Assembly: GCA_965214705.1 (NCBI GenBank)
Contig: OZ243972.1
Span: forward strand, 704,001 to 768,000
Length of the DNA stretch: 64,000 nucleotides
Direction of reading: 5' to 3'
DNA from: Alphaproteobacteria bacterium
Lineage (GTDB): Bacteria; Pseudomonadota; Alphaproteobacteria; UBA828
Shown: positions 53,379-62,529 of the stretch, in pieces
Layout of the letters: each line of letters opens with the position of its first letter
Numbering within the stretch: position 1 is the first letter of the stretch
Made by a program: the position numbers and the translations under genes
Notes under the pieces: model-generated
The model's input: only the letters and a program-made list of their open reading frames with translations
What the model was told of the DNA's origin: nothing
The model's database searches: none

Positions 53379-53401
53379 CGCATTGATCTAAGGGAAGATT
53401 T

Positions 53402-54169
53402 CTAAGGGCTTGGGGGCGCCTTGCCTTCGGGCTTCGTTGGCGCGCCTGCGCGGTCGCGGGCAGCGAGCAAACCGCGGCAGAGTGCGCCGTTGAATTCCAT
53501 GGCGATGCGGACGCTCGCGAGCGTGCGCAGATGCTCGTCGAAGCCCGCTTCGGTGAGCGGTGCGCCTTCTGCTGTGACGAAGGCGCTGTCGTCCGGCCCG
53601 GCCGGACCGCCGACGCGACCCCTCATCTCCAGGTAGCGGCGCTTCAGGTCGCCCCTCTCGCCCCCGGCGACGGCGGTGCGTGCCAGTGCTTCGACGGTCA
53701 TCGCCACCAATGCGGCCTTGCCGAAACCTTGGGCCAGCAGGGCGCGCAGCAGAGCCTCCTGCCGCCCCTGAAACGCCTTGCGCCGAAAGGTCGTACGCAA
53801 ATTCGCCAGAGAATCGTCGTCGCCTGCTTCTCCGAAAGCGTCACCGAAGGCGAGGCCCTCGGCGACCCCTCGATTGACCTCGTCCGCGCACATGTGCTCC
53901 CGCAGGCGCGGAACCACGCGAGTCACCCACGGCAGTGAGGCAACGGCATCGCGCATGTCCTCGGCCATCATGTAGGCGAAGTTCGCGGCACACCAAAAGG
54001 TCGGCAGGCGGAAGTCGATGGAAACCGCGCCGTCCATACCGACCGTCACCTCCTCCACGAAACCCAGATCGGTCACCGGCTCGTCGAGCTCGGGGTCGGT
54101 GACCGTGGCGAGCCGCGCCAGAACCTCGGCCTCGCGCCCGGCCTCGGCCGCGCCGTCACGCGTACTCAT
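53402..54169 (-). CDS. DUF59/FeS assembly-like metal-sulfur cluster protein
   Basis: V.DPELDEPVTDLGFV, RLPTFWCAANFAYMM, FNGALCRGLL..R. Confidence 0.88.
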   Translation of the reverse strand: MSTRDGAAEAGREAEVLARLATVTDPELDEPVTDLGFVEEVTVGMDGAVSIDFRLPTFWCAANFAYMMAEDMRDAVASLPWVTRVVPRLREHMCADEVNRGVAEGLAFGDAFGEAGDDDSLANLRTTFRRKAFQGRQEALLRALLAQGFGKAALVAMTVEALARTAVAGGERGDLKRRYLEMRGRVGGPAGPDDSAFVTAEGAPLTEAGFDEHLRTLASVRIAMEFNGALCRGLLAARDRAGAPTKPEGKAPPSP

Positions 54170-54191
54170 GGGCCGCATCCGCCGCGCCGGC

Positions 54192-55190
54192 CTAGCTCCA
54201 GAGCTTCGCCTTGGCCGCGTCGATGTCGATGTCGTAGAGCCGGGCCGCGTTGAGCCCCAGAATCTTCCTCTTCACGTCGGGCGTCAGGTCGACGCCGCGC
54301 TCCTGCTTGATGTCCTCGGGCAGCTCGAAGGCCCAGAACTTCTCCACCAGCCACTTGGGCGTCCAGATGGCGTAGTCGCTCGCAAAAGTAAGCTTGTCCT
54401 CACCCACCCAGAAGAGGAGCTCGGCGATTACCTCCGCGAAATAGCGCGGGCGCGCGTGCATGAAGGGCATCACCACGGCGAGCCCGCCCCAGACGTTCTC
54501 CTCCTGCACGGCGATCCAGCAGAAGTCGTCGAGCCGCGGCAGGCCGACGTGCTCGACGATGAATTTGAGGTTGGGGAAGTCGGTCGCGGCGTAGTCCACG
54601 TCGTGGCAGTCGAAGGCGTCCTTAGCCAGCGGCGTGATGGTCGGCCCCTTGTGGACGTGCATGTTGGTGATGCCGAGCTTCTCGCAGAGCTCGAAGCAGC
54701 GATAGGCCTCGGTGTCGTTGAGCCGCCAGCCTCGCGAGGCGCCGCGCCATTCCGCCGTGTAGAGCTTCACGCCCCTGATGCCGTAGGCCTCCTTCAGCGC
54801 GTGAATGTGCTCCAGCGCAGCCGTGCCCTCGCGGGGGTCGAAGGAGCCGTTGAGGATGAAGCGGTCCGGGTGCGCCTGCGTGATGACGGCGTTCTGCTCG
54901 GTGGTGTTGAAGCCCTCGATATAGAACTCCTTGAGGTAGGTCGGCTGGATGATCGCCATGTCCACCGGCCCATCGACGAATAGGTCGCGGACCATCGTCT
55001 CCGCGTCGTACTTCTCGAACTTCTCCTTGGGCCAGACCTCCTGCTCGGGGCTGAGCGCGCTGTGGTAGGCGTAGAAGCAGTCGATGAACTGCTTGCCGTG
55101 GATGTTGCGCTGGTTGGCCGGCGCGGCATCCCAGAAATGGGTGTGCCCGTCGACGACGAACAGCTCCTCCCCGTCGCTGGTCCTGTACAT
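54192..55190 (-). CDS. Amidohydrolase_2 family protein
   Basis: DGHTHFWD, GVKLYTAEW, HVHKGP, VEHVGLPR, FASDY, KILGLNAARLY. Confidence 0.92.
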   Translation of the reverse strand: MYRTSDGEELFVVDGHTHFWDAAPANQRNIHGKQFIDCFYAYHSALSPEQEVWPKEKFEKYDAETMVRDLFVDGPVDMAIIQPTYLKEFYIEGFNTTEQNAVITQAHPDRFILNGSFDPREGTAALEHIHALKEAYGIRGVKLYTAEWRGASRGWRLNDTEAYRCFELCEKLGITNMHVHKGPTITPLAKDAFDCHDVDYAATDFPNLKFIVEHVGLPRLDDFCWIAVQEENVWGGLAVVMPFMHARPRYFAEVIAELLFWVGEDKLTFASDYAIWTPKWLVEKFWAFELPEDIKQERGVDLTPDVKRKILGLNAARLYDIDIDAAKAKLWS

Positions 55191-55332
55191 CTTGCCCCCC
55201 TTCAACTGCGACCGAGGGCGAGGGTAGCCGGGCCCGCGCCAAACACAAGCCGCGATGCGGGAGGCGATATGGCGCGTACACGGCGCCGCTGATAAGCTTG
55301 CGGGAGCGCGGAACGAGAGGGGAGATCCGGGG

Positions 55333-56037
55333 ATGGCTGAGCGGATGGTCGACCTGACGTTGACGCTGACCGACAACATGCCGGCGCACAAGCTCTTCCA
55401 GCGCCCGGTCATCGTGCCCCACTACACCCACGAGCAGACCCGCGAGCAGTTCTTCCTGGGCGTCGAGGACGACAGGCTCTCCTTCGCCACCACCTACATG
55501 GGCATGATCGACCACATCGGCACCCACGTGGACGCGTTCTATCACGTCAATCCCGAGGGCGCGCCGGTGGACCAGATGCCGCTCGACATGTTCATGGGCA
55601 AAGCGGTCTGCTGGGACCTGACCTACGTTCCCGATCTCGGCGACATCGACGTGGCGGACTTCGAGGAGGCGGAGGAGAAAGGCGGCGTGAAGGTGGATGG
55701 CCACATCGTGCTGCTCAACACCGGGCTCCACAATCGCCACTACCCGGACGTGAAGTCGGTATGGAGCAACCCCGGCATCACCGAAGCCGCGACCCACTGG
55801 CTGGCCGATCGCGGCTCAAAGCTCCACGGCGTCGAAGGCCCATCTACCGACAAGCCGTCGGATAACCTGTTTCCCAACCACCGCGTCTGCCGCGACCGCG
55901 GCATCGCCCACTACGAATGGTTGATCAACCTCGAAGAGCTGATCGGCAAGGGCGAGTTCATGTTCTACGGGCCGCCGATCAAGATCGGCAACGGCAGCGG
56001 CGCGCCGGTCCGCGCCTGGGCGATCCTCGACGAATAG
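55333..56037 (+). CDS. Cyclase family metal hydrolase (kynurenine formamidase-like)
   Basis: HIGTHVDA..H motif, GSGAPVRAWA. Confidence 0.92.
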   Translation: MAERMVDLTLTLTDNMPAHKLFQRPVIVPHYTHEQTREQFFLGVEDDRLSFATTYMGMIDHIGTHVDAFYHVNPEGAPVDQMPLDMFMGKAVCWDLTYVPDLGDIDVADFEEAEEKGGVKVDGHIVLLNTGLHNRHYPDVKSVWSNPGITEAATHWLADRGSKLHGVEGPSTDKPSDNLFPNHRVCRDRGIAHYEWLINLEELIGKGEFMFYGPPIKIGNGSGAPVRAWAILDE

Positions 56038-56073
56038 ATCGCGCGCCTGCGCCTGGCGCCGGGTGAGGCGCCG

Positions 56074-57159
56074 ATGACCCGCATCGACGACCGCTCGGTC
56101 GACGCGCGCATCCCCATCACCCTGCTCACGGGTTTCTTGGGCGCCGGCAAGACCACGCTGGTCAACCGGCTGCTCAGCGCGCCGGACGCCGGCAAAATCG
56201 CGGTCATCGTCAACGAGTTCGGCGAAATCGGCATCGACGGCGACCTGATCGCCCGCGCCAACGAGGACATGCTGGAACTCACCAACGGCTGCATCTGCTG
56301 CGCGGCCCAAGGCGACCTGATGGACGGACTCAACCGGCTCTTCCTGCGCAAGATCGGCCTCGCCGAGCCCCAGGTGGACTTCGACAAGATCGTGATCGAG
56401 ACCACGGGAATCGCCGACCCCTCCCCGCTGGCCCGGCTCTTCTACACCGACATGAAGCTCGACCTCACCTTCCGCCTCGACGCGGTGCTGACGGTGGTCG
56501 ACCTGAAGCACGTGACCGGCCAGATCGCGCGCTCGCCGGAGGCGCAGAAGCAGATCGCCATCGCCGACAAGCTGATTTTCAACAAGCGCGACCTGGTGGA
56601 CGACGAAGAGTTCGCGCACGCCGTGGCAGCGGTCGAGAGACTCAACCCCTTCTCGGTGAAGGAGGTCACCACCCACGGCGCACTGCCGGTGGACCGGCTG
56701 CTCGACCTCGACCTGTTCGAGCCCAAGCGGCGGGACGACATGGTGGGCGCCTGGATCGGCGCCGACCGACCAGATACCGATCACGCAGCCGACGATCATG
56801 CCCACGACGATCCCGTCCACACACCGGGAGTCGGTGCCGTCTGCCTGCAAACCCGTGAACCGCTGGAGTGGAACGCGCTGCTCCGCTTCTTCCTGGAGCT
56901 CACTGAGGAGAAGGGCGAGGACCTTTTCCGCGTGAAAGGGATGGTGCACTTCCAGAACGTCGAGAAGCCGGTGATCATCCAGGGCGTGCAGGCCACCTTC
57001 AGCCCGCCGACCTATGCCGAGGCGTGGCCGCGCGGTGAGGCTGAGACGCGGATCGTGGTGATCGGCCGCGACCTCGACCGGGCGACGATGGAAGCGCGCT
57101 TCGCGGCTTGCGTGGCGAAGCGCGAGACCACCCTCGACCGCGGCCTCGGCGCCATCTGA
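56074..57159 (+). CDS. CobW/COG0523 metal-chaperone GTPase
   Basis: GFLGAGKTT, NEFGE, NGCICC, ETTGIADP, His-rich linker, FRVKG. Confidence 0.94.
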   Translation: MTRIDDRSVDARIPITLLTGFLGAGKTTLVNRLLSAPDAGKIAVIVNEFGEIGIDGDLIARANEDMLELTNGCICCAAQGDLMDGLNRLFLRKIGLAEPQVDFDKIVIETTGIADPSPLARLFYTDMKLDLTFRLDAVLTVVDLKHVTGQIARSPEAQKQIAIADKLIFNKRDLVDDEEFAHAVAAVERLNPFSVKEVTTHGALPVDRLLDLDLFEPKRRDDMVGAWIGADRPDTDHAADDHAHDDPVHTPGVGAVCLQTREPLEWNALLRFFLELTEEKGEDLFRVKGMVHFQNVEKPVIIQGVQATFSPPTYAEAWPRGEAETRIVVIGRDLDRATMEARFAACVAKRETTLDRGLGAI

Positions 57160-57172
57160 GCAGGAGCCATCC

Positions 57173-58567
57173 ATGAGCTTTGCGTACATGACGGCGACCG
57201 AACTGACGGGCCTGCTGGCGGCGCGCGACATCTCGCCGGTGGAGCTGGTGGAGGACACGCTCAGTCGGCAGGAAGCGCTGGAGCCCGAGATCAACGCCTT
57301 CGTCACCCGCACGCCGGAAGTCGCGCTGGAAGCCGCACGCGCGCAGGAACGCGCGATTGCCGCAGGCGAAGCAGGCGCGATTGCCGGCCTCCCCACCTCG
57401 GTCAAGGACCTGGTGGCGATGGCTGGCGTGCCCTGGACCTTCGGCTCCCGGCCCTTCGCCGAAAACGTGGTGGACTTCGATGCGCCCGCTGTGGAGCGGG
57501 TCAGGGCGGCCGGCGGCTGCATCGTCGGCAAGTCCACCACCAGCGAGTTCGGCTGCAAGGCGGTCTGCGACAGCCCCCTCACCGGGATCACCCGCAATCC
57601 GTGGAACCTGGCGAAGACATCCGGCGGCTCCAGTGGCGGCGGGGCCGCGAGCGTCGCCGCCGGGCTCACGCCCTTTGCGGTCTGCACCGACGGCGGCGGC
57701 TCCGTGCGTATTCCCTCTGCGCTCTGCGGGCTCTTCGGCATCAAGGGGCAGTTCGCCCGGGTGCCGGTGCACCCGGTCTCGGCAGCGCCCACCCTCGCCC
57801 ACGTGGGCGCGATCGCGCGGACGGTGCGGGACGCCGCGTTGCTGCTTAGCGTGATGGCGGGCCACGACCGGCGCGATGCCTTCGGCGTCGCCGAGCCCGT
57901 ACCGGATTTCGTTGCCGCCTGCGAGGCGGGCGCAAAGGGAATGCGCATCGCCTGGAGCCCGACCCTCGGCTACGCCGAGCCCGAGCCCGAGATCGCGGCC
58001 CTTTGCGAGGTCGCTGCCCGGCGTTTCGAGGCGCTGGGGTGCGAGGTGGAGCTGGTCGAAGACGCGCTCGGCGAGGATCCGGTCGAGATCTGGATGGCGG
58101 AGTTTTACGGCGGCATCGGCACCAAGCTGAAGGGCGTGATGACGGAGCGGCCGGAGGAGCTGGACCCCGCCGTGGTTGCGACGCTGAGCGGCGGGCTCGA
58201 CCGCTCCATGGTGGACTATTTCGGCCAGCTCTTCGCCCGCTACGAGTTCCGCGAAAAGATGCGCCAGTTCTTCGAGCGCTACGACCTGCTGCTCTCGCCG
58301 ACGCTGCCGTGCGCCGCCTTCGACGTGGGCCACGACACGCCGCCGGGGCTGGAGGCGCGCAACATCGTCTCCTGGGTCTACTACACCTATCCCTTCAACC
58401 TGACCGGTCAGCCGGCGGCATCGATCCCGGCAGGCTTCACCGACGCCGGGCTCCCGGTCGGCCTGCAGATGGTGGCCGGCATTAACCGCGAGGTGGACAT
58501 TCTGCGCGCCGCCGCCGCGTTCGAGGAAGCGGCACCCTGGGCCGACCGCCGACCTCCCCTGACTTGA
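57173..58567 (+). CDS. Amidase signature family amidase
   Basis: SVKDL, GGSSGG, TDGGGSVRIP, PFNLTGQPA. Confidence 0.93.
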   Translation: MSFAYMTATELTGLLAARDISPVELVEDTLSRQEALEPEINAFVTRTPEVALEAARAQERAIAAGEAGAIAGLPTSVKDLVAMAGVPWTFGSRPFAENVVDFDAPAVERVRAAGGCIVGKSTTSEFGCKAVCDSPLTGITRNPWNLAKTSGGSSGGGAASVAAGLTPFAVCTDGGGSVRIPSALCGLFGIKGQFARVPVHPVSAAPTLAHVGAIARTVRDAALLLSVMAGHDRRDAFGVAEPVPDFVAACEAGAKGMRIAWSPTLGYAEPEPEIAALCEVAARRFEALGCEVELVEDALGEDPVEIWMAEFYGGIGTKLKGVMTERPEELDPAVVATLSGGLDRSMVDYFGQLFARYEFREKMRQFFERYDLLLSPTLPCAAFDVGHDTPPGLEARNIVSWVYYTYPFNLTGQPAASIPAGFTDAGLPVGLQMVAGINREVDILRAAAAFEEAAPWADRRPPLT

Positions 58568-58613
58568 CCTGCAACGCTGGCCCGCCGCACAGCGCACAAC
58601 GAGGGAGGCGGCG

Positions 58614-59300
58614 ATGCCGCTGGATGACAAGGTTCGCCAAGCGCTCGACACCATCTTCTCCGGCGACTCCGGCCTCTATAAGAATCGCGGCTGGAACCAG
58701 CGCTCGGGCTTCGGCACGCGGCCTGCGCTCCTCAACATCGACCTCGCCAACGCCTGGACCCGGCCGGGCTATCGTTTCTCCTGCGACGACATGGACGATC
58801 GCATCATCCCTGGCGTACAGCGCCTGCTCGAAGCCGCGCGCGCCAAGCGGATACCGATCGTCTACACCACCACCGCATTCTGCAGCCGCTTCGACATGGG
58901 CGCCTTCCCACTCAAGAAGCCCTTCGAGGACCTGATGCTGGGCTCGCCGGCGACCGAGATCGACGACCGCGTGCCCCTGGAGGAAGGCGTCGACACACTG
59001 ATTGTGAAGAAGCGGCCGAGCGCCTTCGCGGGTACCCATCTCGGCGGCATCCTGCGTGCCGGCGGCATCGACACGCTGATCTGCACCGGCGTCACCATGG
59101 CGAGCTGCGTCAGGCATACGGTGGAGGACGCGCTCGGCGAGGGCTTCCGCACCGTCCTGGTGCGCGAATGCGTAGGCGATCGCGTGCCCGCAGCCATCGA
59201 GTGGAACCTGTTCGACCTCGACATGAAGTATTGCGACGTCGAGCCGCTCGAACGTGTCCTCGCCTACCTCGCCGACCTGGAACCCTTCGAAGAGCGCTAA
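58614..59300 (+). CDS. Isochorismatase family cysteine hydrolase (N-carbamoylsarcosine/maleamate amidohydrolase-like)
   Basis: GFG.RPALL.ID, KKRPSAF.GT, ASCVRHT (D-K-C triad). Confidence 0.9.
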   Translation: MPLDDKVRQALDTIFSGDSGLYKNRGWNQRSGFGTRPALLNIDLANAWTRPGYRFSCDDMDDRIIPGVQRLLEAARAKRIPIVYTTTAFCSRFDMGAFPLKKPFEDLMLGSPATEIDDRVPLEEGVDTLIVKKRPSAFAGTHLGGILRAGGIDTLICTGVTMASCVRHTVEDALGEGFRTVLVRECVGDRVPAAIEWNLFDLDMKYCDVEPLERVLAYLADLEPFEER

Positions 59301-59977
59301 GCCGGCCCACGCGTGAGGGGGACGAAGGCCACCGGCAGCAGCGATTTCGCCTCGCTCGGGCCGTCCGAGCGCTTCTCGATGCGCTGCAACTGCTGGGTCG
59401 CGCCGGCGGGGCCGACGGGGATGACCAGACGGCCGCCGGGCCTGAGCTGAGCCACCAGCGCTGGCGGCACTGCGGGCGATGCCGCAGTCACGATGATGCC
59501 GTCGAACGGCGCCTCCTCCGGCCAGCCTGCATGGCCGTCCCCGGCGCGCACCGTGGCCTGCGCATGGCCCAGCGCCTCGAGGCGCGCCGCCGCCGCCGCC
59601 GCCAGCGGCTCGACGACCTCAACCGAGTGAACGATAGCTCCCAGCGCACAGAGGACGGCGGTCTGGTAGCCGCAGCCGGTGCCGACCTCCAGGATGCGCG
59701 CGCCCGGCTCGACATCGAGAAGCTCGGTCATCAGGGCGACGACGAAGGGTTGCGAGATGGTCTGGCCGTGGCCGATGGGAAGCGGCCTGTTCTCGTAGGC
59801 GAACGCCTTCTCCGTCTCGGGCACGAAGGCCGCGCGCGGCACGGTGCACATGGCCTCCATGACAGCATCGCCGAAGACCGGCCGTCCGGTCTTGTCGCCG
59901 GTCTCATACGCGTCGCGCGCAATCGCCTCCAGCATGGTGTCGGCGGTCGCGGTCGCTCCAAGCAAATTGCGCAGCAT
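59297..59977 (-). CDS. pcm: Protein-L-isoaspartate O-methyltransferase
   Basis: PIGHGQTISQP, LEVGTGCGYQ, APFDGIIVTA, FVPL. Confidence 0.94.
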   Translation of the reverse strand: MLRNLLGATATADTMLEAIARDAYETGDKTGRPVFGDAVMEAMCTVPRAAFVPETEKAFAYENRPLPIGHGQTISQPFVVALMTELLDVEPGARILEVGTGCGYQTAVLCALGAIVHSVEVVEPLAAAAAARLEALGHAQATVRAGDGHAGWPEEAPFDGIIVTAASPAVPPALVAQLRPGGRLVIPVGPAGATQQLQRIEKRSDGPSEAKSLLPVAFVPLTRGPA

Positions 59978-60000
59978 CGTCCGCGTGCGCCTTCGCTCCG

Positions 60001-61020
60001 CTAGCGGAGGTGAGGGATCACCTTGGTCGCGTACTCGGCGACCATTCGTTCCTGGTCTTCCGTCATCAGGTAGAGCGCGAACTGCGTGACCCCGGCCGCT
60101 TCCAGCGCCTTGATCTTTTCAATGTGGGCCTCGGCCGGGCCGATCAGGCAGAAGGATTCGGTGATGGCGTCGGTGACGTAGTGCACGTTGTCGGAGCCCG
60201 CGACCGCGTGCTTCTGATAGTCGTAACCCTCGTCGGCGCCGCGCCCTTGGCGCGCGGCGATGAACGCGGTCAGGCTCTCCGGCACTAGGTCCGTATCCGC
60301 ACCGTGGCGCTCCACGATGTCGGCGACATGGTTGCCGACCACGGCGGGGAACCAGCTGGTCTGGGCGATGGCGGTCTCGCGGTCGCCGATCCAGGCCGGC
60401 GCGCAGGAGAGCACCCGGTATCCGGCCGCATCCAGGCCCGCCGCCTTGCGCGCCGCGAGCGCTTGGCCAGCCATCCACTGGCAGAGCCCCGGATCGGCCA
60501 GCTGGATCACCAGCCCGTCCCCGTGCGTGCCGGCGGCGGCGAGCGCGCGCGGCCCGTAGGCCGCGATCCAGATGGGCAGGTCGTAGGGGTCGGCCCAGTC
60601 GAGCTGGACCGGCCCGCTGGCGCCGTCGTATTCGCACGCCTCGCCCCGCAACATGGTGCGAAGCGCGTCGCAGTATTCAGTAAGCGTCTCGACCGTCGCG
60701 GGCCGGTGCCCCATGACGCGCACCGAGCTGTCGCCGCGGCCGACCGCCACGTCGACCCGGCCGTCGCCAAGCTGAACCAGCCGCGCGAAGATGCTGGCGG
60801 CCACCGACCAGTCGCGCACCCTGGGGTTAGTGACCAGCGGCCCGACCCGGATGCGCTTCGTGTGGTCCAGGCAGACCGCCATCTGGGTGTAAACGTCGGA
60901 CCACAGGATGTGCGAATCCGCGAACCACATGTAGTCGAAGCCGGCGGCCTCGGCCTGGTGGGCGAGCGCGACGGTGCGGCGCACGTCGAGGTCGCCCTTG
61001 ATACTGATGCCCAGCTCCAT
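60001..61020 (-). CDS. LLM class oxidoreductase (probably F420-dependent)
   Basis: WFADSHILW, VTNP.VRD.SV.AS.FA, GRGDSS.RV.G, WIAAYGP.AL. Confidence 0.85.
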   Translation of the reverse strand: MELGISIKGDLDVRRTVALAHQAEAAGFDYMWFADSHILWSDVYTQMAVCLDHTKRIRVGPLVTNPRVRDWSVAASIFARLVQLGDGRVDVAVGRGDSSVRVMGHRPATVETLTEYCDALRTMLRGEACEYDGASGPVQLDWADPYDLPIWIAAYGPRALAAAGTHGDGLVIQLADPGLCQWMAGQALAARKAAGLDAAGYRVLSCAPAWIGDRETAIAQTSWFPAVVGNHVADIVERHGADTDLVPESLTAFIAARQGRGADEGYDYQKHAVAGSDNVHYVTDAITESFCLIGPAEAHIEKIKALEAAGVTQFALYLMTEDQERMVAEYATKVIPHLR

Positions 61021-61184
61021 GATGCCCTCCCCGGCCAAGCCGGCAGGATGGCACAGTCGTGGTCGGCCCGCCACGCGCCGGGCCGGCGCGCCTGCCAAAC
61101 GCCCGCCCGCCGTGCTAAACCCCGCGCAGGCGGCGCCCGGCGCCGCCCTCCCGCCCCGGTGAGCGACGACAGGCGACGGCGAGC

Positions 61185-62522
61185 ATGAGCAAGCGGCAGA
61201 TGGTCCTGGTGGGCTTCCTCCAGGCGCAGAACTGCTCCAACTACCCGGCGTCCTGGCGCCACCCGGAGTCTGCCACGGACTTCCTCACCGCCGACTACTA
61301 CCAGCGCATCGCGCGCATCCTCGAGGCCGGCAAGTTCCATCTCGCGTTCTTCGACGACCGCCTCGCACTGCCGGACATCTACGGCGGCGACCATGCCGAA
61401 GCGGTGCGCAACGGGGTGCGGGTGGTCAAGATGGACCCGATCCCGATCCTCACCCTGATGGGGGCCGCAACCACGCGGCTCGGGCTGGGCGCGACCTGCT
61501 CGACCACCTACTACCAGCCGTTCCACGTGGCGCGCATGTTCTCCACCCTCGATCACATGAGCGGCGGCCGGGCGGCCTGGAACGTGGTGACGTCGCTCAA
61601 CGATTCCGAGGCCGCGAACTACGGCGCGGACAGGGTGATCGAGCATAACGAGCGCTACGACCGTGCCGACGAGTTCATGGAGGTGGTCCTCGGCCACTGG
61701 GGTGCGTGGGACGAGGACGCCATCGTCCTCGACAAGGAGCAGGGCCTTTTCGCCGACCCGGCGGGGGTGCATCGCCTCGACCACGCGGGCCGCTTCCTGC
61801 GCTCGCGCGGGCCGTTCACCGTGCCGCGCACGCCTCAAGGGCGTCCCATCGTGATCCAGGCCGGCCAGAGTGGGCGGGGGCGCCAGTTCGCGGCGCGCTG
61901 GGCCGATGTGATCTTCGCGATCTACCCCACCCTGGAGTTCGGCCAGAAGGCCTACGCGGCGACGCGTGAGGCGGCCATCGCCGCCGGCCGCGACCCGGAC
62001 TCCTGCCGCGTGGCGCCGGCGGCCTACGTCACGGTCGGCGAAACCCAGGGGGAGGCGGAGGAGAAGGCCGCCTTCATCGCCGGTCTCGCGCGGCCCATCG
62101 ACACGCTGGCGCTGCTCTCCGAAGCGCTCAACTACGACTTCGCGACCAAGCCTGCGGGCGAGCCCTTCACCGACGAGGAGATGGCCTCCATCAGTGGCCT
62201 CCAGGCGATCCGCGACCGGGTGGTGACGCTGAGCGGCAATCCGCACCCGACGGTCGAGGACTTCGTGACCTACAGCAGGCGCGGCACGGTGAACGAGATG
62301 CCCCATTTCGTGGGCACGCCAGCGGCGGTCGCCGATCAGATGGCGGAATGGTTCGAGGGCGAAGCCTGCGACGGCTTCGTGCTCGCCGCGACCCACATGC
62401 CGGGCGCCTACGAGGATGTAGCCCGCCTCGTGGTGCCCGAGCTGCAGCGGCGCGGCCTCTACCACGAGGACTATGCCGGGCCGACGCTCAGGGAGAATCT
62501 GGGGCTGGGAAACACGCTATGA
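61185..62522 (+). CDS. NtaA/DszA/SnaA family flavin-dependent monooxygenase
   Basis: AR.F.TLDHMSGGRAAWNVVTS, RYDRADEF, IQAGQS.RG..FA, VPELQRRG...Y...TLRENLG. Confidence 0.93.
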   Translation: MSKRQMVLVGFLQAQNCSNYPASWRHPESATDFLTADYYQRIARILEAGKFHLAFFDDRLALPDIYGGDHAEAVRNGVRVVKMDPIPILTLMGAATTRLGLGATCSTTYYQPFHVARMFSTLDHMSGGRAAWNVVTSLNDSEAANYGADRVIEHNERYDRADEFMEVVLGHWGAWDEDAIVLDKEQGLFADPAGVHRLDHAGRFLRSRGPFTVPRTPQGRPIVIQAGQSGRGRQFAARWADVIFAIYPTLEFGQKAYAATREAAIAAGRDPDSCRVAPAAYVTVGETQGEAEEKAAFIAGLARPIDTLALLSEALNYDFATKPAGEPFTDEEMASISGLQAIRDRVVTLSGNPHPTVEDFVTYSRRGTVNEMPHFVGTPAAVADQMAEWFEGEACDGFVLAATHMPGAYEDVARLVVPELQRRGLYHEDYAGPTLRENLGLGNTL

Positions 62523-62529
62523 TCGCCCG

